Below, piece after piece: positions 15,079 to 25,948 of a stretch of DNA of 64,000 nucleotides. A model generated the notes under the pieces. The model saw only the letters and a list, made by a program, of their open reading frames with translations. It was not told the origin of the DNA and ran no database searches. The stretch is from the human T2T-CHM13v2.0 reference genome, Homo sapiens, in assembly GCF_009914755.1 (NCBI RefSeq), contig NC_060935.1; one strand, 5' to 3'. Position 1 is the first letter of the stretch. Every line of letters begins with the position of its first letter. Both the position numbers and the translations under genes were made by a program.

Positions 15079-15589
15079 CCAATAACACTATGCTATTTAT
15101 GACAGATACATCTAAAATATAAGGTTATAGAAATAAAAGGATAGAAGATTTACCACAAGAAAGCTGATTAATATTAGGCAAAATAGTCTTTAAGGCTATT
15201 GTTAAAATATTACTGGAGATAAGTGGGATATACATAATGAGAGGAAGTTCAATTTACCAGACAGAGAATACAATTTTAATTTAATACAGTTTTTAGTATT
15301 ATACCACCAAAACATAAATCAAAAGCTATCAGAACTATAAGGAAAAAAAGATTCATCCATAGACTTAGTAAGACATTTTAACACACCTCTCTCAGTAACT
15401 GATACAAGTAATCAATCTGCTTGTAACAATTGTTACAAAATCAATTTATAACAAAATATCAATAAGGATATAAATTGAACCACATAATTAACAGAAGTGA
15501 TCTAATTGCTTATATAGAACACTGAACTTAACAACTGTAAAACACAAATTATTTTAAACATTCACAAAGAATGTATCCTCAACCAACAG

Positions 15590-16043
15590 GAAGGAGAAAG
15601 CCATCTGGGACATATATGCTCAACTGGTGGATGGGGAGCTAGAGAGAGAGAGAGAGGGACCTGTGGGCCATGGTCTTTATTGGGGTCATTACCCAAGCAG
15701 GTTTTCCCACAAGGCGTTCTAACTGATGGGTTTAAAGCAAGTTGGCAAGAGTTCCATGGGGTCACACTGTGACTGAGAGGGGCTACTGTGGCATATCTGC
15801 GCAGTCCTTGGGGGTTAAGGGGATCAGAGGGGTGAGTGAAGTAGGTTGTATCTAACCATTCCATAGGGAGGTGGTTGTATAAGGCAGATAACTGGATACA
15901 CTGCATTAAGGAACTGTAAGGAAGTGGACAACTGGAAAGTGTGTCAAAGGTGACTATGTCCTGCTTCTGATATCTGGTATGAGAAAGCTAAATTTATATT
16001 TAAATGGATGTTGAAGTAACATAAAATTATAGGAATTAACTAT
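15590..16043 (-). mobile_element. ERVL-class LTR (MER54/MER73-like)
   Basis: Minus strand opens ...ATTCCTATAATTTTATGTTACTTCAACATCCATTT and contains CCCCAATAAAGACC followed by a (CT)n tract. Subfamily from memory of consensus. Confidence 0.65.
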
Positions 16044-17169
16044 ATTTCTAACTAATTCATGAGCCAAAGAAGAAATCACAAGTGAAAATATTTTGAACTA
16101 AATGAAAATGAAAATACAACGTCCAAATTTGTAGGGTGTAGCAAAAGTAGTGCCTAGAGAAAAATTTAGAAACTTGAATGCATATATTAGAAAGTAAGAA
16201 ACATATAAAATCAATAATCTAAGCTTTCATATTAGGGAACTAGAAAAATAAGGGCAAGTTAAATCCAAACTAAAGAAATAAATAAAAATTAGAGCAGAAA
16301 TCAATGAAATCTGAAACAAATCGGTAGAGATAAATCAATAAACTCAAAAGATGGTTCTTTGAAAAGATTAATAAAATCAATAAGCCTCTAGCCAGGCTAA
16401 GACAAAAAGAGAGAAGACACAAATTACTAATATCAGAAATGAAAGAGAAACATCACTACAGATCCCATAGACATGAAAAGGATAGTAAATGAATATTATG
16501 AACAACTCTGTGCCCATAAATTTGATAAGCTAGAAAAAAATGGAACGATTTCTTGAAAGACACAATCAACCAAAGCTCATACAAGAAGAAGACAATCTGC
16601 ATAGGCCTATATCTCTTAAACAAATTAAATCAATAATTAATATCCTTCTAAAACATAAAGCACCTAAGCCAGCATGGGTCCATTGATGAATTCCACCAAA
16701 TGTTTAAGGAAGAAATTACACCAATTATCTATAATCTTTTAAGACAATAGAAACAGGTGAGTACTTTCTACCTCATTTTATGAGGCCAGCATTACCCTAA
16801 TACCAAAACAACACAAGGACATTACAAGAAAAGAAAACCATAGAGCAATATCTCTCATGAACATATATGCAAAAGTCATCAACAAAATATTAGAAAATCA
16901 AATCCAACAATGTACAGAAAGAATTATATACTACACCAAATGGGATATATTTCAGGTTTGCAAGCCTGATTCAATACTAAAAACTCAATTAATGTTATCC
17001 ATCACATCAATGAATTAAAAAAAATCAGAAAATGTTTAAAGTGGAATGATAATGAAAATGTACATATCAAAACTGTGACTCACAACTAATGCTGTACTTA
17101 GAGATGTACCGCTTTAAAGACTTTTTAGAAAATAAGAAAATTAGAAAAATAACAGTAAATGAAACCAAA

Positions 17170-17455
17170 TAATAGCAGATATGGTAATATGGTAGTTAGT
17201 AATCACCTTTGGTTCTGGAACATTTGAAATGTGGCTAGACTAAATTGCTCTAAGTGTAGATTATACATGGAATTTTGAGAATTTAATATGAAAACAATAA
17301 CAAAATATCTAAATAACATTTTGGATATACTGGGTTAATAAAATACATGATTAATATTAATTTAACTTTAAAAAATATTTTTAATGTGGCCACTAGAAAA
17401 AGTTAAACTACATATCTGACTTGACTTGTACTATATTTCTTTTGGACAACGCTGA
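17170..17455. mobile_element. MER33-like hAT-Charlie DNA transposon
   Basis: CATTTGAAATGTGGCTAG...TTTTGGATATACTGGGTTAA...TAATGTGGCCACTAGAAAA...TTGGACAACGCTG. Confidence 0.75.
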
Positions 17456-17469
17456 TCTAAAGCTAGGAT

Positions 17470-17970
17470 TTACCAATTTTACTCTTGGGTATATTCCCAA
17501 CAGAAATGTTTATATGTGCCCTAAATGACAAGCACAAGAATGTTCATAGCAGTGTTATGCATAATAACCAAAACCTGGAGACAACACAAATGTCCAGTGG
17601 TGGAATGGATAAATAAATAGAGTGTTACTATAATATAAGATACATGTAGCAACAAAAGTGAATAAACTATAGCTACATGGACCAAAATAGATGACTCTCA
17701 TAATATTAAGTGAAAGAAATCATCTCGTTTGATTTCATTTATTTAAAAATGGGGAAAAATAAGCTACACTATTAGAAGTCAGAATAGCAGTTAATTAACT
17801 TGGGGAGAATTGTGAGTGTAGGTACTGGGGGAAGTCTTTGGGAAATTGGCAATGTTCTATGACTTAAATGGGAGGTTGTTACATGCTTACCTGTGAGAAC
17901 TCATTGAGCTGTGCATTTATGTACACTATGTGCACTTTTCTGTATGTTATTCTTCACAATAAAAAAATTA
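17470..17970 (+). mobile_element. L1ME-like 3' end
   Basis: CAATTTTACTCTTGGGTATATTCCCAACAGAAATG...AGAATGTTCATAGCAGTGTTAT...TTCACAATAAAAAAA. Confidence 0.78.
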
Positions 17971-18332
17971 TGAGAGGTTAGTGAGACTTCTAGCAATTTG
18001 TTGCAAGTGATTTTAATTAATGTAAGGTCTTCTTGAAAATTAAGCTTTTTGTGGCTGGTCTATTGCAAATTGCAAAAAAACAAATTAAGAGTTGTTTTTT
18101 AAAGACCATATTCTGCCCAGTAAGGAAATACTGATTCTTTCTAAATAATTCTAGGTATGACTCCCCAGTTTAAAATTTTAAAAATCTTTGTCCTTTGCTT
18201 GGTCACTAGGCTTGGCATGACAGTACAGCTCCTGACAAATATGTCAATAATGTTGACAAAAATAAAATATAGAATCTGAGAATTGCAAAATTTAAAGGGG
18301 TCATCCATTCTACATTTTTTTGACTTAGAATT

Positions 18333-18357
18333 TGTGTGTGTGTGTGTGTGTGTGTGC
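18333..18357. repeat. (TG)12 microsatellite
   Basis: Direct read. Confidence 0.9.
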
Positions 18358-19373
18358 ATGCATCTGATGAAATCTGGGACACTTCCTTTTAAAAATGCAT
18401 ACATGTGTAATATACACAATATATATAATTTCAGGTGGTTTGCCATGATAGTTTATCCAATCTCTGTTATTTGGTAGATAATGCTCCAGGCAGAAACAGT
18501 CTAAGAGGCAGAGCTGGTTAGTGGAAAAACCAGGAATGGTATTAAAGACACAGTCACCAAACCAGCCATTATTCTTTCAAGTGAAGCAGCTGCTTTTCCC
18601 TTCCCCTGTGTTCCCATCTGTGCACTGCTGTTGTTCACATTAAATTCTCATATAATTATGTCCTTATCCTCTTGTCTACTTGGGAAGAGCCTTCAGCTGT
18701 GAAGATAATTCCCTTATCTCCTTTTAAAAAATAACATCCCGTAAGTTGCCATGTATCACTGTTACCATTCCAATTACATTGTAGAGACCATGCCTTATTT
18801 GTCTTTGTTTTCCCCAAACCACCTAGCTAAGTACAAGGAACAAAACTCTTACAAAATAAGCAATTGTTAAATTAAAATGACATGCAAATAAATATCTGGC
18901 TGAAACTTCATGACAGAACTATATCTCATAATACAGGGTCATTGTGAACTAAAATGCTGATTTCAGACTGACCTAATGTGAATATGGACTCTGCCTTTTA
19001 CTAGTTGTATGTTGCTGGGTGTATGACAACCTCAGTCTTAGTTGGTAAATCTGATAGCATTAAGCATACTTCATAAGATCATTGTGAAGACTGAGGGAAA
19101 AACAGTAATCTACATAAAATGTCTCAAGCAGCGTCTGGCATAGTAAAACCTTAGAAAGTAGCTATGATTTTTGTTATGGCATATTCGACTCTGAATTAAA
19201 GATCCAGTAGGAGAAACATAGACTGAGAATCTTAGAAGACTTCGAATCTTCTGATCCAGGAATTGTTCACATATTGTTTTAACAGATTCTGCCTTTGCTC
19301 AACCTATTCCAATGGCAGAGAATTAACTAGAACTGACTAAAGCAGCTCCAATTCTCCCGAAGTTCTTCCTTAT

Positions 19374-19745
<372 letters not shown>

Positions 19746-20042
19746 ATCTAATAAAATGGCCACAAATCTGCCTGTTATTTTCTCTCAGTTTAGTTCAACA
19801 TCCATTCTCTCCTTTTCCTATATGATAGCCCTTTAGAAATAATGCGGAATCAATAGTGAACATGATAGACCTACTCCTGCCTTCATTGAGGCTTACATGC
19901 TCGCCAAAGAAACAACAAGGAAATAAGCTATTATGTATAATTTTCTGTCTCAAGGAAGTGAAAGAAGAACATTTGAAGTAAATGGCTTTGTGGAGGGAAT
20001 TCCTATAGAATATATCATACAGGAAGGTTTGTGAGTATAGAG

Positions 20043-20256
20043 CAGTGCAGTTCAATAGAACTTTCTGTGATGATGAAAATATTCTGTATCTGCCCGGTCC
20101 AATATGATAGCCACTAGCCACATATGGTGATTGAGCACTTGAAATGTAACTAGTGTCAAGTGACTGAGGAAATGAAACTCGAATTTAACTTAATTTTAAT
20201 TAATTTCAATTTAAATAGCCACATGTGGCTAGTGGCGACCAGATTGAACAGAGCAG
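20043..20256. mobile_element. MER3 hAT-Charlie DNA transposon
   Basis: CAATAGAACTTTCTGTGATGATGAAAATATTCTGTATCTG...ATAGCCACATGTGGCTAGTGGC...TTGAACAGAGCAG. Confidence 0.85.
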
Positions 20257-20392
20257 ATACAGAAGAGCAAATAGCAGTGATAAATGAGGCTGGAAAAGTC
20301 AGCAGGGTCCAGATCTGGAAAAATTTTGAGAAGTACATTAATAATAATAGACGTTATCTTGAGACCCACAGAGAATCCTGAAAGGGTTTTAA

Positions 20393-20715
<323 letters not shown>

Positions 20716-21147
20716 GTTTTAGAAAGATAATTCTGGCTGTCTTGGGGAGAAAGATGGGAGGTGGGTAGAGACATTGATCTTGTCTTTAGAAGTTTCATCT
20801 ATAAGGGGAAAGATGGGAAAAGAAGCAGAAAAATGACTGGAGGATATCTCAGAGATACAAAGAAGTGTATAATCGACCACACCCAGCCACATACAATACT
20901 CATATATGTATTTATATACGTTGCACATAGTATTTGTTAACAGTAATGACCCATATTTCTTGCTTTTTTCCTAGTTGCTCACAGGGCAACTAGCCTCTTA
21001 AGCGTTTCTGGGTGTCCCCAAAGGTACCTGAGCTCAGAAGTAAGTCTGTCAACAGAGTATCCATGCAGCATCCACCTTGTACATTTTACTCCGCTCTTCT
21101 CATGGTCCTCACCACTGAGGCTACTTTTGACTGTGGCCATGCTGAGA

Positions 21148-21247
21148 GGTGACAGCGTGCTGGCAGTGGTGACAGCGTGCTGGCAGTGGTGACAGCGTGC
21201 TGGCAGTGGTGACAGCGTGCTGGCAGTGGTGACAGCGTGCTGGCAGT
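21148..21247 (+). repeat. Perfect 20-bp x5 tandem repeat GGTGACAGCGTGCTGGCAGT
   Basis: Identical units start at 21148, 21168, 21188, 21208 and 21228. Confidence 0.98.
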
Positions 21248-21899
21248 CCTCACAGCCCTCGCTCGCTCTTGGCGCCTCCTCTGCCTGGGCTCCCACTTTG
21301 GCGGCACTTGAGGAGCCCTTCAGCCCACCGCTGCACTGTGGGAGCCCCTTTCTGGGCTGGCCAAGGCCGGAGCCGGCTCCCTCAGCTTGCAGGGAGGTGT
21401 GGAGGGAGAGGCGCGAGCTGGAACTGGGGCTGCACGCGGCGCTTGCGGGCCAGCTGGAGTTCCGGGTGGGCGTGGGCTTGGCGGGCCGCGCACTCGGAGC
21501 AGCCGGCCGACCCTGCCGGCCCCTGGCAATGAGGGGCTTAGCACCCGGGCCAGCGGCTGCAGAGGGTGTACTGGGTCCCCCGGCAGTGCCAGCCCACCGG
21601 CGCTGCGCTCGAGTTCTCACCGGGCCTTAGCTGCCTTCCCGCGGGGCAGGGCTCGGGACCTGCAGCCCGCCGTGCCTGAGCCTCCCACCCCCTCCATGGG
21701 CTCCCGTGCGACCCGAGCCTCCCCGATGAGCGCCGCCCCCTGCTCCACGGCGCCCAGTCACTTCCACCACCCAAGGGCTGAGGAGTGCGGGCGCACGGCG
21801 CGGGACTGGCAGGCAGCTCCACCTGCAGCCCCGGTGCGGGATCCACTGGGTGAAGCCAGTTGGGCTCTTGAGTCTGGTAGGGACGTGTACAACTTTTAT

Positions 21900-22240
21900 G
21901 TCTAGCTCAGGGATTGTAAATACACCAATCGGCACTCTGTATCTAGCTCAAGGTTTGCAAACACACCAATCAGCACCCTGTGTCTAGCTCAGGATTTGTG
22001 AATGCACCAATGGACACTCTGTATCTAGCTACTCTGGTGGGGACTTGGAGAACCTTTGTGTGGACACTCTGTATCTAGCTAATCTGGTGGGGAGGTGGAG
22101 AACCTTTTGTCTAGCTCAGGGATTGTAAATGCACCAATCAGCGCCCTGTCAAAACAGACCACTCGGCTCTACCAATCAGCAGGATGCGGGTGGGGCCAGA
22201 TAAGAGAATAAAAGCAGGCTGCCCGAGCCAGCAGTGGCAA
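21900..22240 (+). promoter_or_regulatory. LTR12C U3 enhancer/promoter: five CCAAT (NF-Y) boxes, GATA and TATA-like element
   Basis: CCAAT at 21925, 21966, 22007, 22134 and 22172; GATAAG at 22199-22204; AATAAAA at 22207-22213. Matches established ERV9 LTR architecture. Activity at this copy is not shown. Confidence 0.75.
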
Positions 22241-23129
22241 CCCGCTCGGGTCCCTTTCCACACTGTGGAAGCTTTGTTCTTTTGCTCTTTTCAATAAATC
22301 TTAGTACTGCTCACTCTTTGGGTCCACACTGCTTTTATGAGCTGTAACACTCACCGCGAAGGTCTGCAGCTTCACTCCGGAGCCAGCGAGACCACTAACC
22401 CACCAGAAGGAAGAAACTCCGGACGCATCCGAACATCAGAAGGAAGAAACTCCAGACGCGCCACCTTAAGAGCTGTAGCATTCACCGCGAGGGTCCGCGG
22501 CTTCATTCTTGAAGTCAGTGAGACCAAGAACCCACCAATTCCGGACACAATGCTAATGATCTCAGTGCTCTGAAAGCCAGTAATTCTTAAATTGCCAAGA
22601 AAGGCACTCTGTTCTCTGTGGAAGGGGGAGTAAAGCCCCTTCCTGAGCAACCTAAGATACAATTCTTGGCTAATCATCCCCTTTATACTCAGAGCAGTTT
22701 CTTTACCCATGACCTTCTGGCTTTTTTTTTTCCTCTCTACCCTGTCTAACCCTACCTATGGGATATGAGAAAACAAAACAGAATGACAAAAATAAGTCTC
22801 CAGGAACTGATGATGGTAAGGTGCTATTGGGTCTGTCCTAAATAATTTTGTTTCCCCCTTCTAGAAACCAATGCAGACATGCACATGCACATTACATCCC
22901 CCACGTCTTTTCTGGCACACACCACACAGAAGCACATACACTTTATGCACAAAGACATCTTCATCTCCTAGCACTTCAGGGGACATTCCCATACAAGGCT
23001 GAATTCACTTGGGGTTGAGCCAGCACCACGCCTATTCCATGTATGTTTCTGCAAAAGAAATGGACGAAGGAGTACATAAGCAATCACAGCTCAACAGTCA
23101 GATATAGTAATACTATGCATGGAGTTGGA

Positions 23130-23365
23130 GCAATAGCGTGGCATAAAGTGAAGTGCATGGACCCTGGTGCCAGCCTGACCTGGATTCAAATCTCACCCTG
23201 GTCACATTTACTAACTGGGTGGTCTTGGGCAGATCACTTAAGCACTCTGAACTTGTTTTCAATTCTATAAATACCATCTCTTTGGAGGGCTGTAAAAATT
23301 AAAAATAGCACATGCGCAGTGCCTGTACCTAGAAAGTGCTCAATAAATGAAAGCTGCTGTTACTA
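23130..23365 (+). mobile_element. MIR
   Basis: CCTGGATTCAAATCTCACCCTGG...TCTTGGGCAGATCACTTAAGCACTCTG...GTGCTCAATAAATG. Confidence 0.8.
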
Positions 23366-23439
23366 CATTGGTGTTGGAAGCTCGGGATGCCACTTGTGAA
23401 GGGGGCACAGAAGAAAGGTCAGACTGCCACCATACCCTG

Positions 23440-23562
23440 AGGGCTCATCTAGTATAGTTCCCTCATTTTATGGTTGAGGACACTGAAGCCAGAGATAGGA
23501 AGAGACTTGGTCAAGGTCACACAGCAAATCAGTAACAGAGCCAGGCCAAGATTCCAAGTGTT
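23440..23562 (-). mobile_element. MIR fragment
   Basis: CATTTTTATGGTTGAGGACACTGAAGCCAGAGA...GACTTGGTCAAGGTCACACAGC. Confidence 0.7.
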
Positions 23563-23727
23563 TCTGGAAAGGTTCAGCCCAATGCTCTTTTCTGCAGCCC
23601 CTATTGTCCTCTGATATGACAATGTGTACTCCTGTTCTGCCCCTGGGGATTGTCCACTCAATGGGTGGGCACGAGAAAGAGCAGATGAGGTGTTTGTGGT
23701 AAAGCCTAAGCCAGTGCAGCCATCCCC

Positions 23728-23741
23728 GTCGCCATGGCAAC
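23728..23741. promoter_or_regulatory. RFX X-box
   Basis: GTCGCCATGGCAAC, 13/14 match to the palindromic X-box GTTGCCATGGCAAC. Confidence 0.8.
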
Positions 23742-23797
23742 CCCAGCGCGGTTGGGGAGGACCCGCTCCTCCGGCGCCCCCTCCCATTCACGCAGCG

Positions 23798-23827
23798 GAC
23801 GTGACACGTGCGGCGGGGTCACGTGTT
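23798..23827. promoter_or_regulatory. Tandem canonical E-boxes (bHLH-ZIP sites)
   Basis: CACGTG at 23805-23810 and 23820-23825, the second as GGTCACGTG. Overlapping GACGTGAC at 23798-23805. Confidence 0.75.
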
Positions 23828-23847
23828 GTTGTTGGGCCGGGAAAGCT

Positions 23848-24037
23848 GCTTCCGGGTCAATGCAGGACACTGGGCTCCGGCGGCCAGAGTGGGGGACTAG
23901 GTGAAGCGGCGCCGGGCCGGGGCTGGCCGGGACCAGGCCCGAGGCTGAGCGGCGGCGACAGCGGTGGCCGGGAGGGGGGAGGAGAGGCGCAGCCAGAGGA
24001 GCCGCCGCAGTAGCTCCCCCGCCTCCCGGGCTGAGGG
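23848..24037 (+). other. TBCEL: TBCEL exon 1 (5'UTR; start approximate)
   Basis: Ends at consensus donor GGG|GTGAGT (GT 24038-24039) inside the CpG island. TSS estimated near the CTTCCGG motif. Confidence 0.8.
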
Positions 24038-24271
24038 GTGAGTGGAGCCGGGCCCGCTGGCTCTGCCGGGCTCTCGAGGCCCGAGGCGTTCCCCTCTGGA
24101 GCCGAGGCGCGGAGGGTCGCTCCTGCAGGGTGCTGGGATAGGACACTCGGGGAAGGGTGAAAGCCACATGGGGCCTGTCTCGAGCAGCTGTGGGGATGGG
24201 AGACCTGCCCTGGGGCTAGAGGGAGGATGGGGCCTGCCTGGCCTGGGCTATGGCGGAGCTGGGAGGGTCTT

Positions 24272-24304
24272 GGGCTGGGCTGGGCTGGGCTGGGCTGGGG
24301 GGCT
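24272..24304 (+). repeat. (GGGCT)5 pentamer repeat plus G-run
   Basis: GGGCTGGGCTGGGCTGGGCTGGGCTGGGGGGCT. Confidence 0.9.
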
Positions 24305-25133
24305 GGTCCCGGGTTGGAGGAGGGCGTGTTGGGGAGCCTGCCCGGGTTCCTGGGAGAATCTAGGCGTCTCACCTTGCCCCAGCGTGGGGGATGGGTAGAT
24401 GCCTCCCAGCTGTTAGAAGAGGGAGACGTGTCTGGGACTGCTGGGGAAATAGGAAACTTGTCTCTGAACTACTGAATCCCAGAAAAGAGGACATGTCCCC
24501 AGGGAGGTTTGCTGGGGGAAGGACGGGCATGTCTAGGCCCTTGGGACATTAGGCCTGCTCTTACCAGGGGCTGATAAAAGGATGTGGATGTGGTAATTGA
24601 ATAAGGGCTTTTGGGAGAAAAGATTTGCCCCAAGGTTGGGAGACTGAGAACGAGGGTGTTGGACTGACAGGCGGGTGCCTTGTCGTGGGATCTTGGGGGA
24701 AGTAAGGATCTGTGTGGAGCTTCTCTGTTGAGTTCTAGGTCCGCTAGTAGGAAGACATTCTGGGAATTGGTGAAGAGAGGAGATTTAATAGTCTTTTCTT
24801 GGGACACAGTGATTCCAGAAGTTGTAGTTGAGGAAAGTTGGTTGGAAGTGTTGAACTGTATACAGTCAGTGGAGAAAGGAGGAGCTCTACTGTGAAGGTT
24901 GCTAGGCTACAAAGAGCTTGTAGGCAACGCCTAGGGCTGTTGAGAGAAGTTGGTAATGCTTTCAAGTCCAAATACAGGCTGAGCTGGGGCTTGTCCCTTG
25001 TTCATGTCATGCTGCTGTGGAGCTCTTACGTTTCCAGTAGTCTATCTTGAGCAAAGAGTATGAATAGGTGCTGAGGACTAAGGAAAACATTCACTCTTTG
25101 GGTCCTGAGATGCATTAGACCCAGATCTCTAGG

Positions 25134-25378
25134 GTGGTAGCTTTCAAACTTAAAAAAAAAAAAATTATGCCCCACAGTAATAAGTATGTCTTACATTCAG
25201 ATCTAGTACATACGTAGGTATGAAGGGAAACTTTCACAAAGCAGTATTTACCCTTATTATATGTGATATGTTCTGCTAATTTCTATTATATTCCACCCTC
25301 TTGCATTAAAAAAAATGCTGGCTGACATTTACTAAATTGATGATTTGTGGGTCACAACTTGCAGTTTGAAAAACACTG
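25134..25378. mobile_element. hAT-Charlie (Charlie4-like) non-autonomous element
   Basis: CTTTCAAACTT...CCCACAGTAATAAG...TACTAAATTGAT...GGGTCACAACTTGCAGTTTGAAAAACACTG terminal repeat. Confidence 0.7.
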
Positions 25379-25890
25379 TTTCTGAAGCACATTTATTTGG
25401 TGTCAATCAGTGTCCTCATTCTGTAAGCTTCTAAAGAGCAGGGATGATTCTAAGGAGATGGATTTTTTTTTTTTTTATTTTATTTTGGCCGGGGGAGAGG
25501 GAGGAGGGCAGCTAGGTGCAATTGATTGCTTCGGTTTAGATGTTTATACCACGTAGCATATTTGACCTGTGTTTTCTGAAGGACCATAATCTTGATCTTT
25601 AATATCTTGATGTTGCCTGATCATTTGATTGATGAAATTTTTTGTATGCGTGTGTGTTTTAGTTTCCTTTATCCTTTGCTGTGTCTGAGAAATATGAGAG
25701 GCCTAGTTCCACTTAGTTGCTTTATCACAACATAGTTAAAGAAATTTTATTTTACTGTTCCAATGTTGTGAAGATACACTGATTTTCTTTTCTGCTATTT
25801 AAAAACATCCCAAATTCTTCTTACTGCAGTAATTATTATGATATACTTTTTGCTACATGATGAAAAATATATGAAAAATACACGATAAAA

Positions 25891-25948
25891 TATATACCAA
25901 AGCCATAGACATATTTAAAAGCCTTACAGTCTACGGCTTTGGTATATA
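25891..25948. repeat. 20-bp inverted repeat (1 mismatch) with 18-nt spacer
   Basis: TATATACCAAAGCCATAGAC (25891-25910) / GTCTACGGCTTTGGTATATA (25929-25948). Confidence 0.95.

Larger units (their letters stand above)
21143..22549 (+). mobile_element. Complete solo LTR12C (ERV9/HERV9 LTR)
   Basis: TGAGAGGTGACAGCGTGCTGGCAGT...CCAATTCCGGACACA termini, 4-bp TSD ATGC (21139-21142 / 22550-22553), GC-rich U3, TCTAGCT/CCAAT enhancer repeats, and AATAAA at 22293-22298. Confidence 0.96.
23720..24400 (+). promoter_or_regulatory. TBCEL: CpG-island promoter of TBCEL
   Basis: Abrupt non-repeat GC/CpG-rich block in an AT-rich background, with no TATA box. Contains X-box, E-boxes, ETS-like CTTCCGG (23849-23855) and a consensus splice donor. 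Confidence 0.92.

Noticed and set aside
21148-21247. 20-bp direct repeats as a CRISPR-like array
   Set aside because: Units are contiguous with no spacers, lie inside a primate LTR, and there are no cas genes.
20979-22710. Long overlapping ORFs (up to 213 aa) on both strands
   Set aside because: They lie largely within the GC-rich LTR12C and its tandem repeat. Low stop frequency explains them and no domain is recognisable.
23449-24475. Several 80-170 aa ORFs over the promoter
   Set aside because: CpG-island composition artefacts (Pro/Gly/Ala/Arg-rich). Several cross the exon 1 donor, and an in-frame stop precedes the real ATG at 45436.
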